Translations under genes and position numbers: made by a program
The notes under the pieces: model-generated
The model's database searches: none
The model's input: the letters and a program-made list of their open reading frames with translations, nothing else
Told to the model about the DNA's origin: nothing
From: Anaeramoeba ignava BMAN
Lineage: Eukaryota; Protista; Anaeramoebae
Assembly: GCA_028826165.1 (NCBI GenBank)
Contig: JAPDFW010000094.1
Location: forward strand, 124,001-188,000
Length of the DNA: 64,000 nt
Reading direction: 5' to 3'
In this document: positions 37,354 through 49,258 of the stretch, piece by piece
How the letters are laid out: each line of letters opens with the position of its first letter
How positions within the stretch are numbered: the first letter of the stretch is position 1

Positions 37354-40300
37354 ATGTTTTCTCAAAATCTTTTAAGTCCTGATGAAATTTTTCAACATGA
37401 TACAATTGGAATTTCTCTTCCAGAAAATAATAATTTAATTGAATTAGATGATCAAAATAATCCATTAAATCCAATAGAAAAAGACAAGAAAATTCAAGAT
37501 CAATTTAATGAAGTTCTTGAACTTAATAATAAATTTCGAGAAATTTTAGAAGAAAAAATTGAAGAAATTTCCAAAAATATTCAATTATTACAAACACAAC
37601 AAGTTTGGAATTGAATTTAAAATTAAATTTAAAAATCAATTTAAAATTTAAAATTCAATTTAAAATTTAAAAATTTAAAAATAAAAAGGAAACTCTTAAT
37701 GTTTATTCAAGAAAACAAAAATTCAATAATAAAGAACCTTTTCCAAATAACTTAACCGAAAGTGAAGAATTAATTTCTGATTACGATCACATGACAAAAT
37801 GGAGTCCAGTTAGAACATCTTTTGTTGATCGATCAGGAATTCAACCGCCAGATAATGAAGATAAAAAGATGTTAAAAAAATACCTTTTAAAAAGACATCC
37901 AAAATTTACACTTTGTAAAAAATGGTCAAATAATGAAGATTATCAATTAACGGAAATTGTTAAAGAACAAATACTTTTAAATTTAGCAACAAATTTATTA
38001 AAAGAATGGAATGAAAAAGATTATAAAAAAGCAATTTTAATTGAGAAATCATTTATGGAATTAAAAAATCAACCTGATGAATTAATTTTCTCAAATACAA
38101 AAGAAATTGATTGGGATTTAGTCTCAAAATATGTTGTAAATAGAACTCCTGAATCATGTATGCTGCATTGGCATCATGTTTTAAGTCCTTTGATCTGTCA
38201 TGATAAATGGACTCAACATGAACTTGATTCTTTATCTGAAATTGCTAATAGACATAATGCTAGAAATTGGATTATGATTTCTCAAGAACAATATGAATCT
38301 ACTCATATTAGGAGAACTGTTTCTCAATGTTTTACTGTTTATCAAAGATATTTGGCTTCAAAATTTCAAAGATTTCCTTGGACTCAAGAAGAAGATGAAT
38401 TATTAATTAGACTTTATAATAAATTTCCTAAAAGATGGACTAAAAGTATCATTTAAATCAAATATTTAAATCAAAATTAAATCAAAATTAAATCAAATAT
38501 AAATTAAATCAAATTAAATTTAAAATTAAATTTAAATCAAAATTAAATCAAAATTAAATCAAATATAAATCAAATTTAAATCAAATTTAAATCAAATTTA
38601 AATCAAAATTAAATCAAATTTAAATCAAATTTAAATCAAAATTAAATCAAATTTAATCAAATTCAAATCAAAAATTAAATCAAATTTAAATCAAAATTAA
38701 ATCAAATTTAAATCAAATTTAAATCAAATTTAAATCAAATCAAAATTAAATCAAATTTAAATCAAATTAAATCAAATTAAATCAAATTTAAATCAAATTT
38801 AAATCAAATTTAAATCAAATTTTAAATCAAAATTAAATCAAATTTTAAATCAAATCAAAATTAAATCAAAATTTAAATCAAAATTAAATTTAAATCAAAA
38901 TTAAATCAAAATTAAATCAAATTTAAATCAAATTTAAATCAAATTTAAATCAAAATTAAATCAAATTTAAATCAAATTTAAATCAAATCAAAATTAAATC
39001 AAAATTAAATCAAATTTAAATCAAATTTAAATCAAAATTAAATCAAATTTAAATCAAATTTAAAATTAAATCAAATTTAAATCAAATTTAAATCAAAATT
39101 AAATCAAAATTAAATCAAAATTAAATCAAAATTAAATCAAAATTAAATCAAATTTAAATCAAATTTAAATCAAAATCAAATTAAATCAAAATTAAATCAA
39201 ATTTAAATCAAAATTAAATCAAAATTAAATCAAATTTAAATCAAATTTAAATCAAATTTAAATCAAATTTAAATTAAATCAAATTTAAATCAAATTTAAA
39301 TCAAAATTAAATCAAATTTAAATCAAAATATAAATCAAATCTAAATCAAAATTAAATCAAAATTAAATCAAATTTAAATCAAATTTAAATCAAATTTAAA
39401 TCAAAATTAAATCAAATTTAAATCAAATTTAAATCAAAATTAAATCAAATTTAAATCAAATTTAAATCAAATTTAAATTAAATTTAAATCAAATATAAAT
39501 CAAATTTAAATCAAAATTAAATCAAAATTAAATCAAAATTAAATCAAAATTAAATCAAAATTAAATCAAATTTAAATCAAATTTAAATTTAAATCAAATT
39601 TAAATCAAATTTAAATCAAATTTAAATCAAATTTAAATCAAATTTAAATCAAATTTAAATCAAATTTAAATCAAAATTAAATCAAATTTAAATCAAATTT
39701 AAATCAAAATTAAATCAAAATTTAAATCAAATTTAAATCAAATTTAAATCAAATTTAAATCAAATTTAAATCAAAATTAAATCAAATTTAAATCAAAATT
39801 AAATCAAAATTAAATCAAATCAAAATTAAATCAAAATTAAATCAAAATTAAATCAAATTTAAATCAAATTTAAATCAAAATTAAATCAAAATTAAATTAA
39901 ATCAAAATTAAATTAAATCAAATTTAAATTAAATCAAATTTAAATCAAAATTAAATCAAAATTAAATCAAATTTAAATCAAAATTAAATCAAATTTAAAT
40001 CAAATTTAAATCAAATTAAATCAAATTTAAATCAAATTTAAATCAAAATTTAAATCAAATTTAAATCAAATTTAAATCAAATTTAAATCAAATTTAAATC
40101 AAATTTAAATCAAATTTAAATCAAATTTAAATCAAAATTTAAATCAAATTTAAATCAAATTTAAATCAAAATTAAATCAAATTTAAATCAAATTTAAATC
40201 AAATTTAAATCAAATTTAAATCAAAATTAAATCAAATTTAAATCAAAATTAAATCAAAATTAAATCAAATTTAAATCAAATTTAAATCAAATTTAAATCA

Positions 40301-41398
40301 AAATTAAATCAAAATTAAATCAAAATTAAATTAAATTTAAATCAAAATAAAATCAAATTTAAATCAAATTTAAATCAAAATTTAAATCAAAATTAAATCA
40401 AAATTTAAATCAAAATTAAATCAAATTTAAATCAAAATTAAATCAAAATTTAAATCAAAATTAAATCAAAATTAAATCAAATTTAAATCAAATTTAAATC
40501 AAATTTAAATCAAAATTAAATCAAATTTTAAAATTTTAAAATTAAATCAAAATTAAATCAAAATTAAATCAAAATTAAATCAAATTTAAATCAAATTTAA
40601 ATCAAATTTAAATCAAATTTAAATCAAAATTAAATCAAAATTAAATCAAAATTAAATCAAAATTAAATCAAAATTAAATTAAAATTAAATTTAGTTGCTG
40701 AATTTATCCCAAATCGAAATGCTCAACAATGTTTACATCGATATGGAAAAAGAATTTCACCAACTATTAAAAAGAAACAGAAATGGACATTTGAAGAAGA
40801 TTCAGTAATTTCCAAAAATAAAAAATTCTCAATTTTTTTTTCTCATTTGGATTATCCAATATTTTATTTGAAATAGAAACTTGTTCTTGCAATGAAAATT
40901 TATGGAAAAAATTGGGCTTTAATTACAAAACATTTGCCAGGAAGATCGGATCTTCAATGCAGAGAAAGATTCACATTAGTTCTTAATCCAACAATAAAAA
41001 AAGGCAAATGGGAAATGAAGGAATTAGAACTATTTATTGAAGGAGTAAAAAAATATCATCCTCCAAATTGGTCAAAAATATCAACAATAGTTAAAAGTAG
41101 ATCAAATAAAGATTGTAGAAGTAAATGGGTTCATATGGAAGCTCATCCTGAAAAATTCCCAATTCAAATTATTTCTCAACTTTCTGAATTTTCAGAAAAT
41201 ATCAAAAAATTTCTTAATGAACAAAATGATGAAAAAAAAGAAGAAAAAGAAAATGATGAAAAAGAAAAAAATTCATTAAAAAGAAGAAAGAAAAATCAAA
41301 ATAAATCAAATAAATCAAATAAAAAGAAATCAAATAAAAAGAAATCAAAAAAAAAGAAATCAAATAAAAAAAAGCAAAAACAAAATAAGGAAAAATGA
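37354..41398 (+). CDS. SNAPC4: snRNA-activating protein complex subunit 4 (SNAP190-like multi-repeat Myb), 4 exons
   Basis: N-terminal coiled coil (LELNNKFREILEEKIEEI), then KWSNNEDYQL, IDWDLVS..RTPESCMLHW, WTQHELDSL..NWIMIS..RTVSQCF, WTQEEDELL, RNAQQCLHRY, WTFEED, NWALI..LPGRSDLQCRERF and a further Myb repeat. This architecture is typical of SNAPC4. Confidence 0.8.
38446..40694. repeat. 2.25-kb SNAPC4 intron filled by the 11-bp satellite AAATTTAAATC/AAAATTAAATC
   Basis: About 200 units; no internal G seen on the sense strand. Confidence 0.95.
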
Positions 41399-41505
41399 AA
41401 AAAATTGAAAAAAAAAAATTGAAAAAAAATGAATTTATTTTTTTCTTTCCTTTTTTTAAATTTTTTAAATAAAATTGATTTTATAAATTTTTGAATTGAA
41501 AAAAA

Positions 41506-42807
41506 ATGTCAGAAGAAACAAATTTATTAATAAATCAACCATTAGAAGAAATTCCAAAGAAGGAAGAAGAACCAGTAAAAAAAGGATCAACGGTTCTTCA
41601 AACAAGATTACATTCACTTGATGTATTTCGAGGAATCACAATGTTTTTTATGATAATGGTTGATGATATGGGAGATTTTGATTATGTATATTGGACATTC
41701 AATCACAGCGAATGGAACGGATGCACACCAGCAGATGTAGTGTTTCCAGCATTCATTTTTATAGTTGGAGTAGCAATTCCCTTTGCGTTAACTCGAACTT
41801 TGCAAAAATCTCATCGATGGTTCGAATTGCGAAAAAATATTCGGAACAAAATTTTTCTTAAGATTTCAAGAAGAGCCGTTTTACTTTGGGTCATTGGACT
41901 TTTTCTTAATATCACAGCAAATCTTTACAAATTTAAAAAATGGCGAATTATGGGAATTTTGCAAAGAATCGGAACAGTTTATTTTTTTCTTGCTTTTTCT
42001 TTTGTTTTGTTCAATGGTTTTTGGCTAGTTCAATTAATTGTTGTTTCTGTTTTTGCCCTCATTTATGTTGTTGTTATGTATTCTTACAAAGTTCCTGGTT
42101 GTGATAAAGGAAGTGCTTTTACCGACTATTGCAATCCAAGTGGATATTTTGATCGCCAAGTTCTCACAAGACATCATATGATTTATCCGACTGATCCTGA
42201 GGGTCTTTTTTCCACGTTTTCTGCCTCAATTAACCTTTTTTTTGGATTGAGTTGCGGTCTTATTATTCTTCTATATTTTCGCGATAAAAAAAATACACTT
42301 CGTTATAATTCCCTAATTCTCAAAAGGCTAATTTTTGGATCAAAATTTTTCATAGCTTATCCTCGTTTGTATAAGATTTTTCTTTTGTCAATTCCTGGTT
42401 TTATTGGGCTTTTTTTGGGACTTATTTTGAAAATTTGGATTCCTTGGAATAAATCAATTTGGAGTTTGTCTTTTGCTTTTTTCACTTCTGGAATTTCAGG
42501 TTTGCTGCTTGTTTTCCTTCATATCGTTGTTGATTTGAACCGTTATGGAAGGCCTATTTTGAAAATTTTTGAGTGGATGGGAACTAATCCATTGGTTGTT
42601 TTTGTGTTGATGGTTTTGCTTGAAATTCTTCTTCTTCGTGCAAATGTTGGAAATGTTCAATTATGGCATTATATTTATATTCATGGTTATAATTCTTGGA
42701 TTTCTAATAAGAAATTTGCTTCTTTTGTTTTTGCTTTTTGTCATTTTATTTTGTGGGATTTAGTTTCTTTTATTCTTTATCGAAAAAGGATTTTTATCAA
42801 ACTATAA
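41506..42807 (+). CDS. HGSNAT: Heparan-alpha-glucosaminide N-acetyltransferase family membrane protein (short form), intronless
   Basis: RLHSLDVFRG, HSEWNGCTPADVVFPAFIFIVGVAI, RIMGILQRIG, DPEGLFST, IPWNKSIWSLSF and WMGTNPL. Confidence 0.9.
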   Translation: MSEETNLLINQPLEEIPKKEEEPVKKGSTVLQTRLHSLDVFRGITMFFMIMVDDMGDFDYVYWTFNHSEWNGCTPADVVFPAFIFIVGVAIPFALTRTLQKSHRWFELRKNIRNKIFLKISRRAVLLWVIGLFLNITANLYKFKKWRIMGILQRIGTVYFFLAFSFVLFNGFWLVQLIVVSVFALIYVVVMYSYKVPGCDKGSAFTDYCNPSGYFDRQVLTRHHMIYPTDPEGLFSTFSASINLFFGLSCGLIILLYFRDKKNTLRYNSLILKRLIFGSKFFIAYPRLYKIFLLSIPGFIGLFLGLILKIWIPWNKSIWSLSFAFFTSGISGLLLVFLHIVVDLNRYGRPILKIFEWMGTNPLVVFVLMVLLEILLLRANVGNVQLWHYIYIHGYNSWISNKKFASFVFAFCHFILWDLVSFILYRKRIFIKL

Positions 42808-42834
42808 AACAAATAAAATCCAATCAAAACATTT

Positions 42835-44895
42835 TAATAAATTTATTTTTCATCAATTTATTTTTCATCAATTTATTCCACTTTTTTTAATAAATTTATT
42901 CCACTTTTTTTAATAAATTTATTCTATTTATTTTTAATAAATTTATTTTATTTATTATTAATAAATTTATTCTATTTATTTTTAATAAATTTATTCCATT
43001 TATTATTAATAAATTTATTCCACTTTTTTTAATAAATTTATTCCACTTTTTTTAATAAATTTATTTTATTTATTTTTAATAAATTTATTCTATTTATTAT
43101 TAATAAATTTATTTTATTTATTATTAATAAATTTATTCTATTTATTTTTAATAAATTTATTTTATTTATTTTTTAATAAATTTATTCTATTTATTATTAA
43201 TAAATTTATTCCACTTTTTAATAAATTTATTCCACTTTTTAATAAATTTATTTTATTTATTTTTAATAAATTTATTTTATTTATTTTTAATAAATTTATT
43301 CTATTTATTATTAATAAATTTATTTTTATTTATTTTAATCAATTTATTCTATTTATTTTTTAATCAATTTATTCTATTTATTTTTAATCAATTTATTCTA
43401 TTTATTATTAATCAATTTATTCTATTTATTATTAATCAATTTATTTTTATTTATTATTAATAAATTTATTCCACTTTTTAATAAATTTATTTTATTTATT
43501 ATTAATAAATTTATTTTTATTTATTATTAATAAATTTATTCTATTTATTTTTAATAAATTTATTCTATTTATTATTAATAAATTTATTCTATTTTTCATT
43601 AATAAATTTATTCCATTTATTATTAATAAATTTATTCTATTTATTTTTAATAAATTTATTTTTATTTATTATTAATAAATTTATTTTATTTATTATTAAT
43701 AAATTTATTTTATTTATTTTTAATAAATTTATTTTATTTATTTTTAATAAATTTATTTTATTTATTTTTTAAATTTATTCTATTTATTTTTAATAAATTT
43801 ATTCCACTTTTTAATAAATTTATTCCACTTTTTTAATAAATTTATTTTATTTATTTTTAATAAATTTTATTTTATTTATTTTAATAAATTTATTTTTATT
43901 TATTTTTAATAAATTTATTCTATTTATTATTAATAAATTTATTTTATTTATTATTAATAAATTTATTTTTTATTTATTTTTAATAAATTTATTTTATTTA
44001 TTTTTAATAAATTTATTCTATTTATTTTTAATCAATTTATTTTATTTATTTTTAATAAATTTATTCCACTTTTTAATAAATTTATTCCACTTTTTCATTA
44101 ATTTATTCTATATTTATTATTAATAAATTTATTTTATTTATTTTTAATAAATTTATTCCACTTTTTCATTAATTTATTCCAAAACAAAAATTTATTTTTT
44201 TATTATTAATAAATTTATTTTATTTTTTAATAAATTTATTTTATTTATTATTAATAAATTTATTTCATTTATTTTTAATAAATTTATTTTATTTATTTTT
44301 CATAAATTTATTCTATTTATTTTTAATAAATTTATTCTATTTATTTTTAATAAATTTATTCCACTTTTTAATAAATTTATTCTATTTATTATTAATCAAT
44401 TTATTTTATTTATTATTAATAAATTTATTTCATTTATTATTAATAAATTTATTCCATTTATTATTAATAAATTTATTCTATTTATTATTAATAAATTTAT
44501 TTTATTTATTATTAATAAATTTATTCTATTTATTATTAATAAATTTATTCCACTTTTTAATAAATTTATTTTATTTATTATTAATAAATTTATTCCACTT
44601 TTTAATAAATTTATTCCACTTTTTAATAAATTTATTCTATTTATTATTAATAAATTTATTCCACTTTTTAATAAATTTATTTTATTTATTATTAATAAAT
44701 TTATTCCACTTTTTAATTAATTTATTTTATTTATTATTAATAAATTTATTTTATTTATTTTTAATAAATTTATTCTATTTATTATTAATAAATTTATTTT
44801 ATTTATTATTAATAAATTTATTCCATTTATTATTAATAAATTTATTTTATTTATTTTTAATAAATTTATTCCACTTTTTCATTAATTTATTCTAT
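42835..44895. repeat. Intergenic ~21-24 bp tandem repeat AATAAATTTATT(CTATTTATTATT/CCACTTTTT)
   Basis: About 2 kb, beginning immediately after the HGSNAT stop codon. Confidence 0.95.
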
Positions 44896-44950
44896 TTATT
44901 TTTCATTTTTCATTTTTCATTTTTCATTTTTCATTTTTCATTTTTGAATA

Positions 44951-47900
44951 ATGCTGTAAATTTTAATTTTAATTTTAATTTTAATTTTAATTTTAATTTT
45001 TAATTATTTTTTAGTAAGAAAAAAACCTTCAGACAAAAAAAGAAATTTCAAAAAGGAACTCACAGATATAATTTACACAAAAATGCAAAGGCTACTTTAG
45101 GTTCAGGTAATTTAAGAACTGCTGTAAAACTTCCTGAAAATGAAGTAAGAAATTAATTAATTCAAAAACAAAACAAATTAAATTTTAAACTTCATTTTAT
45201 TTCTTTTCTTTTCTTTTTTTAGGATCCAAATGAGTTTGTTTATAATAATAAAATAATTTAAAATTTAAAATTTAAAATTTAAAAAAAAAATTTTTTATAA
45301 ATTAAATTTCCGTTATTTATCTGGCAAAATTTATAAAAAAAAAATTAATTTAAAAATAATTTTTTATATAATTTTATTATAATTGTTTTTTTTTCTTTTT
45401 CTTTTTAAAAAAAAGATGGTTGAGTATTGCTATTGTTGATTTTACAAACAAAGTATCTTTTTTTTTTATCAAAATATAAATCAAATTCAAAATCTAAATC
45501 AAAATCAAAATCAAAATCAAAATCAAAATCTAAATCAAAATCAAAATATAAATATAAATATAAACATAAATATAAATATAAATCTAAATCTAAATCTAAA
45601 TATAAATATAAATATAATTATAAATCTAAATCTAAATCAAAATCTAAATCAAAATCTAAATCAAAATCTAAATATAAATCTAAATCTAAATCAAAATCTA
45701 AATCAAAATCTAAATATAAATCTAAATCTAAATCAAAATATAAATCAAAAATATAAATATAAATATAAATATAAATCAAAATCAAAAATGAAAATCAAAA
45801 ATCAAAATCTAAATAAAAATAAAATATAAATATAAATATAAATATAAATATAAATATAAATATAAATATAAATATAAATATAAATATAAATATAAATATA
45901 AATATAAATATAAATATAAATATAAATATAAATATAAATATAAATATAAATAAAATATAAATATAAATCTAAATAAATATAAATATAAATATAAATATAA
46001 ATATAAAATATAAATATAAATATAAATATAAATATAAATATAAATAAATATAAAAATAAATATAAATATAAATATAAATATAAATATAAATTTAATTATA
46101 AATATAAATATAATTATAAATATAAATATAAAATATAAATATAATAATAAAAATAAATATAAATATAAATATAAATATAAATATAAATATAAATATAAAT
46201 ATAAATATAAATATAAAATATAAAATATAAATATAAATATAAATATAAATATAAATATAACATAAAATATAAATATAAATATAAATATAAATATAAACTA
46301 AATATAAATATAAATATAAATTATAAATATAAATATAAATATAAATATAAATATAAATATAAATATAAATATAAATATAAAATAAACATAAATATAAATA
46401 AAAATAAAAAAATAAAAATAAAATTAAAAAATAAATAAATCCAAATCAAAATATAAAATAAATATAAATATAAATATAAATATAAATCTTAAATCAAAAA
46501 TATAAATCTAAATATATATATAATTATAAATCTAAATATAAATATAAATATAAATATAAATCAAAATCTAAATCAAAATATAAATATAAATATAAATATA
46601 AATATAAATCTAAATATAAATATAAATATAAATATAAATATAAATATAAATATAAATATAAATATAAATATAAATATAAATATAAATATAAATATAAATA
46701 TAAATATAAATATAAATATAAATATAAATATAAATATAAATATAAATATAAATATAAATATAAATATAAATATAAATATAAATATAAATATAAATATAAA
46801 TATAAATCTAAATATAAATTAAATGAAAAAAATTAGTTAAATTTAATATATGGTTCAATTCAACATGAATGCACTAAAGAAAAATGTCCAATTATGAACG
46901 CAGGACCAAAGTATAAATTTAAAAAAAAAAAAGAAAACAAAAATTTTGAAACAAATTATTAAAAAATTTAATTTAATTTAATTTAATTTAGATATGAATA
47001 TCTTTGGAGTGATGGAAAGAAAAAACCAGTTCAACTTCCGTAATAATTAATTTTTTTTTTTGAAAAGAATTATAATGTTAAAAAAATAAATTAAAATTAT
47101 TTTAAATAGAGCACCTCAATATATTGAAAATTTACTTAGTTGGGTTGATAAACAACTTTCTGATGAATGTAAATTTTTTTAAATCAAATTTTTTTAAATC
47201 AAATTTTTTTAAATCAAATTTTTTTAAATCAAATTTTTTTAAATCAAATTTTTTTAAATCAAATTTTTTTAAATCAAATTTTTTTAAATTAAATTTCAAA
47301 AAATAATTAGCATTGTTTCCTTCAGATCCAACAGTTCCTTTCCCAAAAAATTTTAAAACAAAAATTGTTGCTCCTATTTTTAAAAGGTTTTATTGATTTT
47401 ATTCATTTTTAAAAGCAAAAGAAAAATTCAAAATTTATTTTTAAATTCTTTTAAATTTAAAAAAGACTTTTCAGAATTTTTGGTCATGTTTATTATTCTC
47501 ATTTTGATACTGTTGTTGAAATGGGAGCTGAAGCACATCTTAATACTGTATAAATATAAATATAAATATAAATATAAATATAAATATAAATATAAATATA
47601 AATATAAATATAAATATAAATTATAATTATAAATATAAATATAAATATAAATCTAAATATAAATATAAATATAAATATAAATATAAATATATAAATATAA
47701 ATCTAAATAAAATATAAAATAAAATATAAAATATAAAAATAAATAAATAAATATAAATATAAAAATATAAACATAAAATATAAATATAAATAAAAATATA
47801 AAATATAAAAATAAAAATATAAATATAAATATAAAATATAAATATAAATATAAATATAAAATATAAATATAAAATATAAATATAATTATAAATAAATAAT

Positions 47901-48774
47901 ATAAAAAACATAAATATAAAATATAAAATATAAATATAAAATATAAATATAAATATAAAATATAAATATAAATATAAAAAAATTATAAATATAAATTATA
48001 TAAATATAAAATAAAAATAAATATAAATATAAAATATAAATATAAAATAAAAAATAAAAATATAAACATAAATATAATATAAATATAAACATAAAATAAA
48101 ATATAAAATATAAATATATAAATATAAAAAATATAAAACATAAATATAAATATAAACATAAATATAAATATAAAATATAAACATAAAAATAAAATATAAA
48201 ATATAAAAATAAATATATAAATATAAATATAATAAATATAATAAAATATAAATATAAAATATAAAATATAAATATATAAAATAAAATATAAAAATAATTA
48301 TAAATATAAATATAAATTAAAAATAAAAATAAAAAACATAAACATAAATATAAATCTATAAATATAAAATATAAATATAAATATAAATATAAATCTAAAT
48401 ATAAATATAAAATATAAATATAAATATAAATATAAATATAAATATAAATATAAATATAAATATAAATATAAATATAAATATAAATATAAATATAAATATA
48501 AATATAAATATAAATATAAATATAAATATAAATATAAATATAAATATAAATATAAATATAATAATAAATATAAATATAAATATAAATCTAAATCTAAATC
48601 TAAATCTAAATATAAATATAAATCTAAATCTAAATCTAAATCTAAATCTAATTATAAATTCTTTTTATGTAAAAGCTATTTAAGCATTTTTATTACTTCC
48701 AATCAGAATTTGATTTAATTGAACAACGAGAACTTGAACCAATGGCTGATTTAATTAAAAAATTATGTGGATAA
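44951..48774 (+). CDS. MOB1: MOB kinase activator (MOB1/MOB3 family), 10 exons; absent from the ORF track
   Basis: Spliced ML|[43 protein letters not shown]|DPNE|[12 protein letters not shown]|[25 protein letters not shown]|[16 protein letters not shown]|[19 protein letters not shown]|[15 protein letters not shown]...IFKR|[13 protein letters not shown]...EAHLNT|LFKHFYYF...[15 protein letters not shown]. Confidence 0.93.
45453..46836. repeat. MOB1 intron 4 filled by AAATAT/AAATCT hexamers
   Basis: About 1.4 kb between GT at 45453 and AG at 46836. Confidence 0.92.
47548..48675. repeat. MOB1 intron 9 filled by AAATAT hexamers
   Basis: About 1.1 kb between GT at 47548 and AG at 48675. Confidence 0.92.
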
Positions 48775-49258
48775 AAAAAAAAAAAGCAAAAAACAATTCT
48801 TTTTCCTTTTAATCAAAACGAAATTTCATCAAATTTTTTGTTTTCTTTTCTTTTCTCTTTTCTTTTTTCTTTTCTTTTTTTTAATTTCGTTCATTTTCCC
48901 ACTTTTCTTTTTGTTTTCTTGATTTTCAAAAGAAACAAAAAGAAAAAAGCAGAATTTTCTTCTTTCCAATTAAAATAACAAAAATAATTAAAAAAAATAA
49001 CAAAAATAATTAAAAAAAAAAGTTAAAAAAATTTTTTTCATTTTTTTCATTTTTATTTCTTTTTCTCTTTTTGTTTTTGAATTATAAAAACATTTATCAA
49101 AAAGAATTATAAAAAATTTGTTGAAAATTATTCTAATTTTGAAAGAAAAAAAGCAAAACAAATTAATTCTTTATTCAATTTAATTCAAATCATTTTTTAA
49201 AAACAAAACAAAAAAATTCGAAAATTTTTTAAATAAAAATTAAAAATTAAAAAAAAAA

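Noticed and set aside
5934-41398. U4 + TFIIIC + SNAPC4 + XRN1 as a functional RNA-metabolism cluster
   Set aside because: They are separated by many unrelated genes, and there is no evidence beyond co-occurrence in a gene-dense window.
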